Below are positions 51,386 through 64,000 of a stretch of 64,000 nucleotides of DNA, piece after piece. The translations under genes were made by a program, and so were the position numbers. The number at the start of each line of letters is the position of its first letter. Within the stretch, counting starts at the first letter, position 1. The notes below the pieces were generated by a model. The model worked only from the letters and a program-made list of their open reading frames with translations. It did no database searches and was not told where the DNA came from. Source of the stretch: Octopus vulgaris (taxonomy: Eukaryota); NCBI GenBank assembly GCA_951406725.2, contig OX597835.1, positions 25,544,001-25,608,000 of the forward strand, in the 5' to 3' direction.

Positions 51386-51465
51386 AGAAAGAAAGGAAGA
51401 AAGAAAGAAAGAGAGAGAGAGGAAGATGAAAGTGAAACAGCTCTTCATGTGTGTGAGTATTTATG

Positions 51466-51506
<41 letters not shown>

Positions 51507-51873
51507 TATATATATATTTAGCGTCCGTTTTCCATATGGGTTGGACGGTATAGCCGAAGGCTATATCTGGCAGTGTTTCTATGGATATATATGGGTGATA
51601 TATATATACGCTCGGATATATATATATATATGTGCCATATATATATGTGTATGTGCCACCGACACAGGTAGATGAGGCGCGCACGATCGGATATACGTCC
51701 CCAAAGCACGGAGGCCAGTATGCGGTACTATATATATATATATATGTTCATCTATTTTGATTTGATTTGATTTGATATATAATATATATATATATATGGA
51801 CTGTCTATATATATGATATATATATATATATTGATGTTCATATATATATTTTGATTTTGTATATATATACAAG

Positions 51874-52250
<377 letters not shown>

Positions 52251-52893
52251 ATAAATACAAAATAAGAAAATGGAGGAATAGATTTCTTTCAATCTTGAGG
52301 TAAAGCATTTTACCTTCGCCCATATAATACAATAAATGAATTAATTGCATTGCAATTCTTAGCATTTATGTATTAGCATTTCTGGGTACTTTACTGGCAG
52401 TATATTGGATATATGTTATCCCATAGAGGGTTACACTCATAACCCCTATCTCACTTTGTACTTTTATGTATATATATATATATATATACATAATAAGTAA
52501 ACACACCAGCATCGGTTGTCAAACAATGCTAGGGGGACAAACACACACACACACACATATATATATATACATATATACGACGGGCTTCTTTCAGTTTCCA
52601 TCTACCAAATCCACTCACAAGGCTTTGGTCGGCCCGAGGCTATAGCAGAAGACACTTGCCCAAGATGCCACGCAGTGGGACTGAACCTGGAACTATGTGG
52701 TTGGTTAGCAAGCTACTTACTACACAGCCACTCCTGCACCTGCACACAGCCACTCCATGTTTACTATGAACTTTTTACCCCCTTAACTTAATTAGCGGTC
52801 ATTCGAATAGCTCTTTTGTCTAAATAGCGGTCAATAACACAGTAATTTCCCTTTGTATAATGGTCATTTTTCATAGCGTTTTTCCGATGGTCG

Positions 52894-52954
52894 GATAACT
52901 GAAGAGATGGTGGTGTGGATTTCCACCTCAGCATCCGAAACTCAGAGTTTTATC
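52894..52954 (+). ncRNA. Type-I hammerhead ribozyme candidate, family D
   Basis: GATAA-CTGAAGA-GATG-gtggt-GTGGA-tt-TCCAC-ctcag-CATC-C-GAAA-CTCAGAG-TT-TTATC: canonical core, 5-bp stem I and one extra nucleotide before GAAA. Confidence 0.6.
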
Positions 52955-53663
52955 TTGGCTACCGAATAATTGTCACATATTATATTTACAGATATATATA
53001 TATTTCTATATACAACTTATAAGTAAGGGCTAAAGAAAATTATTTCAAAGCCAATATGCTGATAACAGACTATTAAATTGTCAATTTCCACATATAATCT
53101 ACTCGCTACAGCAAATTTTAACCGTAAAGGTATTTTAATATGCTGCCACATTTCTGTAGAGAAAAAAACTTCATCCTATATTAGTAGTATATTTCTATAT
53201 ACATATAATTGAGGTGTATTCTGTTAAGAATGTATTAAAGTACAAAATATATATATATATCATCAACATCATCATCATCATTATCATCAGTGTTTGCGTA
53301 TTGGCATTTGTTGTTTTGCTGTTTGTATTTCTTGGAAGGTTACGCAGCTGTGGGTGATGAGGTGGCTTTCATTCCCTTTTTTGTCACCACATCTTCAACA
53401 GGGTTCACACCTTCAAAGACACGCGAAATGTGACATGGCACACATGAGAGATAGGTGAAGGTTAGCAACAGGAAGAGCATCACATCTGGCTGTAGAACAG
53501 CACTTCAGTGGTCTACGCGTGTAAGCCGTGCTAGCCAGGGAAACAGGATGGATTGATAGATGTGTTTACTCTGCTTTATGCGTATTAAGTTCTCTGTGAC
53601 CTATTTGTAAAACAAAATGTACCAACATACTTATATATACATATACATACATACATACATACC

Positions 53664-53722
<59 letters not shown>

Positions 53723-54243
53723 TTATATATGTACTTACACACACACACATATATATATATATATTTATATATATATGTATATATATGTGTGAGTATATAT
53801 GTACTTACACACACATATATATATATATATATATATGTACATACAAATACATACCTACACACATATACATACGTACATACATACATATCTTAGGGTTTGA
53901 AGATATGCCATAGTAGTATCCTCTATGGCAAGAAACCTGGGATAACCCTATAAACCGGTCTTCATCAGTAATAAATATATATATATGTATGTAGTGTACA
54001 GATATATATATATATATATATATACAAATATGTAGATATATGTATGCGTGCATTTGAGTGTGTATGCGGACATATACATGTATATGTTAGTGTGTGTAAA
54101 TATGTAAAATATGTTTGTGTGCATATATAGATGTTTATATAATATTTGTATATGTGTGTACTTTTTTTTATATTTGCTTCTGTGTGTGTGTGTGTGTATG
54201 TATATAAGTATGTATGTACATATATACATATATACATTTATAC

Positions 54244-54281
<38 letters not shown>

Positions 54282-55634
54282 GTATAAATGTATATATGCA
54301 TATATAGAAACACACATGTATAAATACATATTGTTTCAAAACAATGATAACATTAAAGATTATATTAATTTTTTAATAATAAAGATAAAAATAAAATATT
54401 TTAAATAAAAATAGTGAAAAAAAAAATGTGTTGTTGTTGTTTCTTTCTGATGTGAATTGCTTTAGCTGTATTGAGGAGTCTTGAGGGTTCTGACCCTTGT
54501 GTCTTGTATATGTAGGCATTGAGACAAATGATTCCTTGTTGGTATCATTGCTCAGATACCAATATCTAAATATCAGTATTCTTTTCTAGTCTAGGCTCAA
54601 GGCCCGAAATTTTTGGAGAGTTGGTGGGGTTGGCAGTCGATCAGATCAACCCCAGTATACAACTGGTACTTAATTTATCGACCCCGAAACGATGAAAGGC
54701 AAAGTCGACCGTAGCAGAATTTGAACTCAAACATAAAGACAGTCAAAGTACCGCTAAGCATTTCCCTTTCTACTATAGGCACAAGGTGTGAAATTTGAGG
54801 GGAGGGAACTAATCAGTCACATTGGCCCCCAGTATTTCACTGGTACTTAATTTATCGACTCCCAAAAGGATGAAAGGCAAAGGCAACCACAGTGGAATTT
54901 AAACTCAGAACGTAGTAACAAACGAAATACTGCTAAAACTTTTCGCCTGGTGTGCCAATGATTCTGCCAGCTTTCTGCCTTAAAAATAATAATAATAATG
55001 AATAGGCGCAGGAGTGGCTGTGTGGTAAGTAGCTTGCTTACCAACCACATGGTTCCGGGTTCAGTCCCACTGCGTGGCACCTTGGGCAAGTGTCTTCTAC
55101 TATAGCCTCGGGCCGACCAATGCCTTGTGAGTGGATTTGGTAGACGGAAACTGAAAGAAGCCTGTCGTATATATGTATATATATATGTATATGTGTGTGT
55201 GTGTTTGTCCCCCTAGCATTGCTTGACAACCGATGCTGGTGTGTTTATGTCCCCATTACTTAGCAGTTCGGCAAATAGAGACCGATAGAATAAGTACTGG
55301 GCTTACGAAAAAGAATAAGTCCCAGGGTCGAGTTGCTCGATTAAAGGCGGTGCTCCAGCATGGCCGCAGTCAAATGACTGAAACAAGTAAAAGAGTAATA
55401 AAAATAATAATATAAAAACCTATAACAATGGTTTCTAATAGTAACATTTGTGGTTGTTTTGTTTTCCTTTTGTTTTGTGTTTCTGTTTTAGTAAGAGATT
55501 TCAAGATGGTAACAAAGTGTTATTTTTGGCCCGGAGGAATAGGGAGAGGACGGAGGGCAGCGACGACTGTGGCTTCCGAGATAACTTGGAAAAGAAAAGA
55601 TTTGGAAGGAAACAAGCAAAAACCAAACTTATTT

Positions 55635-55897
55635 CCACCACCACCACCATTACTACTACTACTACTGCTGCCACCACCATCATCACCATCACTGCTACTA
55701 CTACCACCACCACCACCACACCATTACTACTACTACTACTACCACCCACTACTACTACTACTGCTGCCACCACCATCATCACCATCACTGCTACTACTAC
55801 CACCACCACCACACCATTACTACTACTACTACTACCACCACTACTACTACTGCCACCACCATCACTGCTACTACTACCACCACCACCACCACACCAT

Positions 55898-55928
<31 letters not shown>

Positions 55929-56276
55929 GCCACCACCATCACTGCTACTACTACCACCACCACCACCACACATTACTACTACTACTACTACCACTACACT
56001 ACTACTACTACTGCCACCACCATCACTGCTACTACTACCACCACCACCACCACACCATTACTACTACTACTACTACTGCTGCCACCACCATCACTGCTAC
56101 TACTACTACCACCACCACCATTACTACTACTACTACTACCACCACTACTACTACTGCCACCACCATCACTGCTACTACTACCACCACCACCACCACCATT
56201 ACTACTACTACTACCACCACTACTACTACTGCCACCACCATCACTGCTACTACTACCACCACCACCACCACACCAT

Positions 56277-56310
<34 letters not shown>

Positions 56311-56650
56311 GCTGCTACTACCACCATTACTACTACTACTACTACCACCACCACATCTGCTGCTGCTACTACTACTATCACTAATATCAACATCATTACC
56401 ATTACTACTACAATCACTATGGCCCTTATCACCATCATTACTACTACTACTGCCACTTCCACCACCACCACCACCACCACCACCACCATCATCATCACCA
56501 TTGCTGTGACAACCAATATAGCCACCATCATTACTACTACTACTACTTCTACTACTGCGGCTGCTATTTCTATTACTACTAACACTTTTACTAGTGCTGA
56601 AAAAATACCACCACCACCACCACCACCACCAGCACCACCACCAGCACCAT
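55635..56650. repeat. Compound (ACC)n/(ACT)n trinucleotide array with ~55-65 bp superunits
   Basis: Recurrent CCACCATCACTGCTACTACTACCACCACC...ACCATTACTACT blocks; source of the poly-T/H/Y/P/L ORFs. Confidence 0.9.
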
Positions 56651-58078
56651 TTGTATCAGTTGAAATAAAACCCACTTAAACACACTAAAGAAGGGATGCA
56701 CTAGATGCTAAAAATAGTAGCCGAGTGTCCCTCATATTCACATCCTATTGCCTTTAAAAGAAAACAGGACATATCAGATAATGTAATAATTTCTTCTAAA
56801 GTGCAAAAAAGAAAAAAAAAGAAAAAAGAATGGGATGAAATAAATTGTGATGGTCGTGGTTGGAATGTCTTAAATCATATGTCTGCTTGGACAAGGCAGA
56901 CCTGGGGCTAAACAACAGCAATAACATATCTGCATTGACACTCCTAGTTTGTAAACTGTATAATCTTCCTGCCATGACCTCCACTACATATATAACAGGA
57001 ATTGTAACCAAGGTCTTCCTCTCACATTTCGTTATAATTGGAATCTACACCATCTTTTACTTGTTTCAGTCATTTGACTGCAGCCATGCTGGAGCACCGC
57101 CTTTAGTCGAGCGAATCGGCCCCCAAGACTTATTCTTTGTAAGCCTAGTACTTAGTCTACCGGTTTCTTTTGCCGAACTGCTAAGTTACGGGGACGTAAA
57201 CACACCAGCATCAGTTGTCAAGCGATGTTGGGGGGACAAACACATATATATACATATACGACGGGCTTCTTTCAGTTTCCGTCTACCAAATCCACTCACA
57301 AGGCTTTGGTTGGCCCAAGCTATAGTAGAAGACACTTGCCGAAGGTGCCACGCAGTGGGACTGAACCCGGAGCCATGTGGCTGGTAAGCAAGCTACTTAC
57401 CACACAGCCACGCCTGCACCTACGTAGAAAATTTCATTAAAATATGCATTTTTCCTGGAAGTTATGAGGAAACAAAGTCATTGGGGTGGCTACACATTTG
57501 GAGATACGTCGATATTTGTCTTTCAGCTCTTAAGTATTTATATTCCGTGAGTGAATTCATCAAGGACCATGAAAAAAACAAAGAATAAAAAAGGCTTAAA
57601 AACGTTTCATCCAGATTTGAACTTAGAATATAAAGGAAATAACTCCCTCCTTCCCCATGGAAAATTTGGTTGTACCCCTTGTCATTAGAAAAACATTCGA
57701 CTGTGTCGGACATGTAAACTTCCTTAGCTAAATTGTCTCTCTACGGACTCAATATCTCTCTCGTATTAAGAGGTTTCATGTGAGGTCTTACTAGATACTA
57801 ACAGTAGTCCTTTTTGAGCAACTCTGGAATGAGGTTTTGGGTTTTGTCACACTCATATACATCAATAATGTCCACAGCTGTAGGAGGGCGTCTTGGGAAA
57901 CATCCCAAGTATTTATATTCCGGAGTGGCTGTGTGGTAAATAGCTTGCTAACCAAGCACATGGTTCCGGGTTCAGTCCCACTGCGTGGCATCTTGGGCAA
58001 GTGTCTTCTGCTATAGCCCCGGGCCGACCAAAGCCTTGTGAGTGGATTTGGTAGACGGAAACTGAAAGAAGCCTGTCG

Positions 58079-58111
<33 letters not shown>

Positions 58112-59445
58112 TTGTCCCCCCAACATCGCTTGACAACCGATGCTGGTGTGTTTACGCCCCTGTCACTTAGCGGTTCGGCAAAAAGAGACCGATAGAATAA
58201 GTACTGTGCTTACAAAGAATAAGTCCCGGGGTCGATTTGCTCGACTAAAGGCGGTGCTCCAGCATGGCCGCAGTCAAATGACTGAAACAAGTAAAAGAGT
58301 AAAGAGAGTGAGTGAATTCATAAAAAGCAACAAAACAAAAAAAACAAAAACTGATTATTATAGACCAGGGGAGACAACTCGAACGAAAAGGATTATCGGT
58401 ATTTCGGCAGACCTACACATGCGTGGCCCCTTCGACTTCTTAATAACTTCCAGAAAAATGGGTACTTTTTTTTAATGAAATTTTCTATAAATATCTTTCA
58501 GACGGTGTAGATCCCGATTATATTAGAATTGCCGTCACCTCCAATAACATTAATTTGTGCATAGAAGCAACCTGTCTTCATTCTTCCCTCACTAAACGCC
58601 ATCGACAGGTAAATCCACACAACCCATCGTCTAACGGTTCAAATTTAGGTACAAGACCCAGAAATTTTAGGGGTGCTCAATGGATACTCATTAAATCATC
58701 CCTGAAAGAACGAAAGGCTAAGTCGACCTTGACAGAACTTGAACTCAGAATATAAAGATGGGCGAACTGCTGCCAAGCAGTTTGTCCAGCCTGCTAACAA
58801 ATGAATCGACCCCTGTACTTATTTTTTTAAAGCCTGGTATTTATTCTATCAGTCTCTTTTGCAGAACCGCTAAGTTATGGGGAGGCAAACACACCAGCAT
58901 CAGTTGTCAAGCAGTGGTGGGGGAACATAGACACAAAAATACACACATAGATAAATATATCATCATTATCATATACATGTATTATATATATATATATGCG
59001 TATATATATATATTATATATAATGAGGGTAGAAATTGATATCAATTAACATCAATTTAAACCGGTGGGCTAGCATATTTAAAAAAATCCCAAGATTTAAA
59101 AATTATATTACTATTAATAAGAGGAATGACCACTTAAGTAAAATAACTTAGTTATCATTAAGCTAGTGTTAGGAACATAAATTGTGACTAAGGTTTGGCA
59201 GAAGATTTTAATTCAGAACTTTCGAAAAACAAGACATTTGTATTAGAGTCAGAAGCAGTTTCAAGTGGGTTGGTATCAAAAGGGTTAAATGCTAAAGGAT
59301 TAAGGTTTAATTATGAAATGGTGTAAAAATGCAAAAAAATAACATTTCCTAGAAATTAAACTGAATGCAGTGTGACTGTGCGAAATGTGTGGCATTACCA
59401 ATAAAAAACAAAAAGTATATTTTCTTTTCTTTTTTTTTTTTAATA

Positions 59446-59451
59446 TTTATT
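59446..59451 (-). promoter_or_regulatory. Candidate polyadenylation signal for TRMT112
   Basis: AATAAA on the minus strand about 50 nt after the stop codon. Confidence 0.45.
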
Positions 59452-59499
59452 CTGTGCATATTTACAAATGAAAAATATTTCTCTATCCCAGAGCATTAT

Positions 59500-59601
59500 T
59501 CACACCTCATCTTCATTTAATAACATATTGGGTATTCCGTTCTTGATAGTAAATTTTCTGCCAGTCTCAGGACAAATCAATTCTCCTTCTTCAATCTCAA
59601 T
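59500..59601 (-). CDS. TRMT112: TRMT112 (methyltransferase activator subunit), last coding exon
   Basis: ttttacag|ATT; [33 protein letters not shown] matches the Trm112 C-terminal CPESGR...GIPNMLL motif. Confidence 0.95.
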   Translation of the reverse strand: MEIEEGELICPETGRKFTIKNGIPNMLLNEDEV

Positions 59602-59749
59602 CTGTAAAAGAAAGAATAAAGAAATTAAGAAATGGTGAAAGCTGCATTGGAGAATATAGATAGATAGAAAGTTATGATGCTAGGTGTTTCCATTATTTTG
59701 TCCAACCCCTGTACATACAATGGGCTTCTTTTAGTTTCTGTCTACCAAA

Positions 59750-60056
59750 ACCTCTCGAAAGAGCTGTTCTTCACTCCTGCTCCAGAGCGTTGGCTGCGGG
59801 GTCACTCTGAAAAGCTCTATCTGCAACGATTTCATCTCAATCGAAGGAGAGGGGCTTTCTCTGTCCGGGTTGCGGATCCGTGGAATAAGCTGCTGGACGA
59901 GATAGTGAAGATGCCGACGACCGCTCAGTTCAAAGTCTCCCTTGACCACAAGTGGCCTGAACTCTTTACATGAACACCACCCTGTACATAACTCCATGTT
60001 CCCCTACATGGCCTTGCTTTTTGCTTTTTGAACCAAAAAATTAACTAACTAACTAA
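59750..60056 (+). mobile_element. CR1-clade LINE 3' end nested in a SINE fragment within a TRMT112 intron
   Basis: LRGHSEKLYLQRFHLNRRRGAFSVRVADPWNKL...FKVSLD; (CTAA)n tail; family-1 SINE sequence on both sides. Confidence 0.85.
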
Positions 60057-60400
60057 GGTCAGCCTGAGGCTATTGCATAAGAAAATTGCCCAAGGTGCTA
60101 CACAGTGGGGACTGAACCCAGAACCATGTGGTTGCAAGGCAAGCTTCTTACCACACAGCCACATACTTGCATGGGTAGGACAGTTTATTGAGGCAGATTT
60201 TCTATGGCGATGCTGATGCCAACCACTTTCCCAAGTGTATGGGGTACTTTTTCTCGTGGCAACGGCATTAGTAAGGTCACCAGGTAACTTGCAAGACAAA
60301 GAAAAAGTCCTGCGCTCCAGCATGGCCTAAGGAACTTGCCCATATGCAGGGCTGAGTCATGCTGGTTGGCGAGTATCTGTATAAAAAAACTATACATTAC

Positions 60401-60493
60401 CTCCATTAGAGCGTGATGGACTTTCTTCAAAAATTCATCATTGCTTTCAAAGTCTTCAACAAGAGTCTGAGGAATACAATCTGGATGACCAAC
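60401..60493 (-). CDS. TRMT112: TRMT112 internal exon
   Basis: ttcacag|GTT...GAG|gtaatg, 93 nt, phase 0/0; VGHPDCIPQTLVEDFESNDEFLKKVHHALME. Confidence 0.95.
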
Positions 60494-62703
60494 CTGTGAA
60501 TTAGAAACGAGGTTAAAAATAATTTCTTACACAAGGACTAAATGTAGAAATGTATTTGGTGGTGGGGATATTGATTTAAATCAATCTCAGAATTTGATTG
60601 GTTTTATCATCATCATCATCATCATCATCATCGTTTAGTGTCCGCTTTCCATGCTAGCATGGGTTGGACAGTTCAACTGGGGTCTGGGAAGCCAGGAGGC
60701 TGCACCAGGCCCAGTCTGATCTGGTAATGTTTCTACGGCTGGATGCCCTTCCTAACGCCAACCACTCCATGAGTGTAGTGGGTGCTTTTCACATGCCACC
60801 GGCACAGGTGCCAGACGAGGCTGGCAAACGGCCACGATTGGATGGTGCTTTTTACGTGCCACTGGCACGGAGGCCAGTTTATCCCTGGAGGAATGGAAGC
60901 AGAAATGATTTGAATGGAAAACCTAAAAGGCCACAATTGCACATATTTGTGTATGGAGGGAACCTGTGGAAGGGTTAGACTCAAGATGTGGGATGAAGTG
61001 GTGAGAAAAGATCTTCAGATGCTGGGGTTCAATGAGAAGATAAAAGACCAAGACTTGTCACAACTTCCCAGATGAAAATCCTCCTAAATTGTTTCTGAAA
61101 TATCAGATGATTTGGATATTAATAATTTGCTTAGGGATTATGAATGATGGGAAAATTCAGAATGAGGATTTAATAAAAAAGAGAGATCAGAGGGACAAGA
61201 TTCATAAGGGATGAAAGTATAAAGTTGTTGAGTTATGAACCCATTTACAGCTGAGTGGACTGGGGTAATGTTCTCCATCTAGCTGATCAATGACACTTGA
61301 AAACAGTCATGGCTCAGGTAACACCTGACGGCAGGTGTAAAAGTGGGATAGTCTGAAGATCCTTTGGTAGAAGACATCTCAGGATGGCCTGAAGACAGGC
61401 AACATTACATGAAATGGATGTGCAAGAGTAGGGGTTGATTGAAACTGGTGAAGAAGGTAGTCCCTAAATGTGTTGAGCAGCACAAGAAGACCTAAAGCTA
61501 AAAAGGGCTCAGAAACACAATGCACTGCCCAACCTGGGAATTGAAACCATGATTTGTAGTTGTGAGTGCAACAGCATAACCACTAGGCCATGTCTTCACC
61601 ACAAAAGGTTAGTTACTAAAAATAACGTAGTATGCATATAAGTGCAAGGCTCAGTGGTTCAAACATAGGACTCACAATCATGAGGTAGTGAGTTCACTTC
61701 CTGGACTGGGCTGTGTGTTGTGTTCTTGAGCAAGGCACTTTATTTCACGTTGCTCTGTTTCACGTAGCTGTAGAAATGAGTTGTGATGTCTCAGGTGCCA
61801 AGCCGTATCGGCCTCTTTGCCTTTCCCTTGGGTAACATCAGTGGTGTGTAGAGGGGAGGATGGTATGCATGGGCGACTGCTGGTCTTCCATAAACAACCT
61901 TGCCAGACTTGTGCCTGGGAGAGGAACTTTCTAGGTGCAATCCCATGGTCAGTCATGACCGAAGGGGGTTTTTACCCTATGTGGGGGACTACTGGTCTTC
62001 CATAAAAACAATCTTGTCAGGACTTGTACCTCAGAGGGTAACTTTCTAGATGCAATCTAGAAAGTTGTGTGGAGAGGAGAGGCTGGTGTGCATAGGTGAC
62101 TGCTGGTCTTCCCTAAAACAACCTTGCATGGACATGTGCTTCGGAGGGCAAATTTCTAGGTGCAATCCCTTGGTCATTCATGCCCAAAGGGAATCTTTTA
62201 CTTTTTTTTTTTTTACCTTTACCTATGTAGGATGAAGTATTGAAAGCTGATAATGATGAACCTTATGAAGGAGATGATGGAGGACCAAGATCTACAGAAT
62301 TGAGATCCTAAACCAAAGTGCCACATAAAAAGCATAGGTGTTTGTGTTACATAAAAAGCACCCAGCGTACTCTGTGGAGTGGTTGGCATTAGGAAGGGCA
62401 TCCAACTGTAGAAACAAAGCCGAAACAGACTATGGAACCAGTCAAGCTGTCCAACTCATGCCAGCATGGAAAACAGACATTAAATGTTGACTGTGGTGGT
62501 GGTGATGATGATGATGTATCTTTCTGCTTAGCAGTTCAGCAAAAGAGACTGATAGATTAATTACCAGACTTGAAGAATAAAAAGGGTATTGGGGTTGATT
62601 TGAGTGCCATAATGTGGCAAAAGTCTTATGACTGAACCAACTGCAGATACACACACAGAAATGCTGTGCTTACAATAACAAAAGAGAAAAATGTAATACT
62701 AAC

Positions 62704-62805
62704 ATCAGTAACGGCTGAATACAGAGCAGACCAATCGACTTTGGAAATCATTCGACAAATGAATTCTTTGTTGAATTCTGCTTCTTTGATTTCTAACTTC
62801 TTTGC
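62704..62805 (-). CDS. TRMT112: TRMT112 internal exon (first coding exon not found; probably beyond the window)
   Basis: ctttcag|GCA...GAT|gttagt, 102 nt, phase 0/0; AKKLEIKEAEFNKEFICRMISKVDWSALYSAVTD. Confidence 0.95.
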
Positions 62806-64000
62806 CTGAAAGAATACAGAACAGAACCAAGAATGAATCATAGAAAGCATTATTGAGAAAATGTTTTAATCTTCTAGCATTTAAACTGGGCCAAAATATT
62901 TCACCTGTTTTATGTTCAAAGCTTTTGGATTTCATATTTAATATTTATTTTCTAAAGCCAAGTACTTATTCTATCAGTCCCTTTTAGCTGAATAGCAAAG
63001 TTACTAGGACGTAAACACACCAACACCGGTTGTCAAACGGTAGTGGACACACACACACATATATATACACGACAGGCTTCTTTCAGTCTACCAAATTTAC
63101 TAATAAGGTTTTTGTCGGCCAGAGGCTATAGTAGAAGACACTTGTCCAAGGTGCCACGCAGTGGGACTGAACCTGGAACCATGTAGTTAGGAAGCAAGTT
63201 TCTTACCACACGGCTAGTATATTCCTCTCCGGGAAATCTATAACCGTTCAGTAGATAGTACAATATTTGCTGGTTACAAATAAAACCGTAAAATATAATA
63301 CTATTGAAAAGGTTGCAAGAGGCAACGAAAATAAGAAAAAAGTGGAAATTTTGTGAGTGTGTTAAATTATAAGGCACAAAAAGAAAATGACTCTCCCTAG
63401 ACACAACAACAGAATAATAATACGACTTATATTTGAAAATAACGGGCGATTACAAAATGTTAAACTATTGTGCCAAGATACCTTTCTTCTATTTGAGAAT
63501 CTGTTTTGTTTTCACAAGTTACTTAACCTTCATTAATTCGACTATACTCTTTACTCTTTTACTTGTTTCAGTCATTTGACTGTGGTCATGCTGGAGCACC
63601 GCCTTTAATCGAGCAACTCGACCCCGGGACTTATTCTTTTGTAAGCCCAGTACTTATTTTATCGGTCTCTTTTGCCGAACCGCTAAGTAACGGGGACATA
63701 AACACACCAGCATCGGTTGTCAAGCAATGCTAGGGGGACAAATGCAGACACACAAACACACACACGCATATATATATACATATATACGACGGGCTTCTTT
63801 CAGTTTCCGTCTACCAAATCCACTCACAAGGCATTGGTCGGCCCGAGGCTATAGTAGAAGACACTTGCCCAAGATGCCACGCAGTGGGACTGAACCCGGA
63901 ACCATGTGGTTGGCAAACAAGCTACTTACCACACAGCCACTCCTGCGCCTACGTTTAATATATTACGTCACTTTCGTTTTATACTGAAAATCAAGGAAGT

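Noticed and set aside
55428-56679. Long Pro/Thr/His/Tyr-rich ORFs (extensin- or mucin-like)
   Set aside because: Trinucleotide repeat open in multiple frames; no evidence of a real exon.

Overview
AT-rich, repeat-dense eukaryotic DNA. The SINE/LINE content points to a coleoid cephalopod, most likely Octopus (inference from recalled repeat families). Two protein-coding genes can be assembled, and they converge tail-to-tail. One is a DOK-family adaptor on + (PH exon 43046-43430, IRS-type PTB plus tyrosine-rich tail exon 46987-47966, possible microexon 41564-41597, first exon not found). The other is the last three coding exons of TRMT112 on - (62704-62805, 60401-60493, 59500-59601). The rest is tRNA-derived SINEs of at least three families, RTE and CR1 LINE remnants, mariner, piggyBac-like and Helitron DNA elements, and micro- and minisatellites. 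The most striking non-genic signal is a dense set of minimal type-I hammerhead-ribozyme-like motifs in several families (CUGANGA...GAAA with short palindromic stem III). They sit in short AT-rich elements next to (TA)n, often as long fold-back palindromes or as a 476-bp tandem unit, and a Penelope GIY-YIG remnant lies in the same window. Almost all ORFs in the supplied track are microsatellite or SINE artefacts. Repeat boundaries were read by eye and are approximate; exon boundaries were checked for splice sites and phase.
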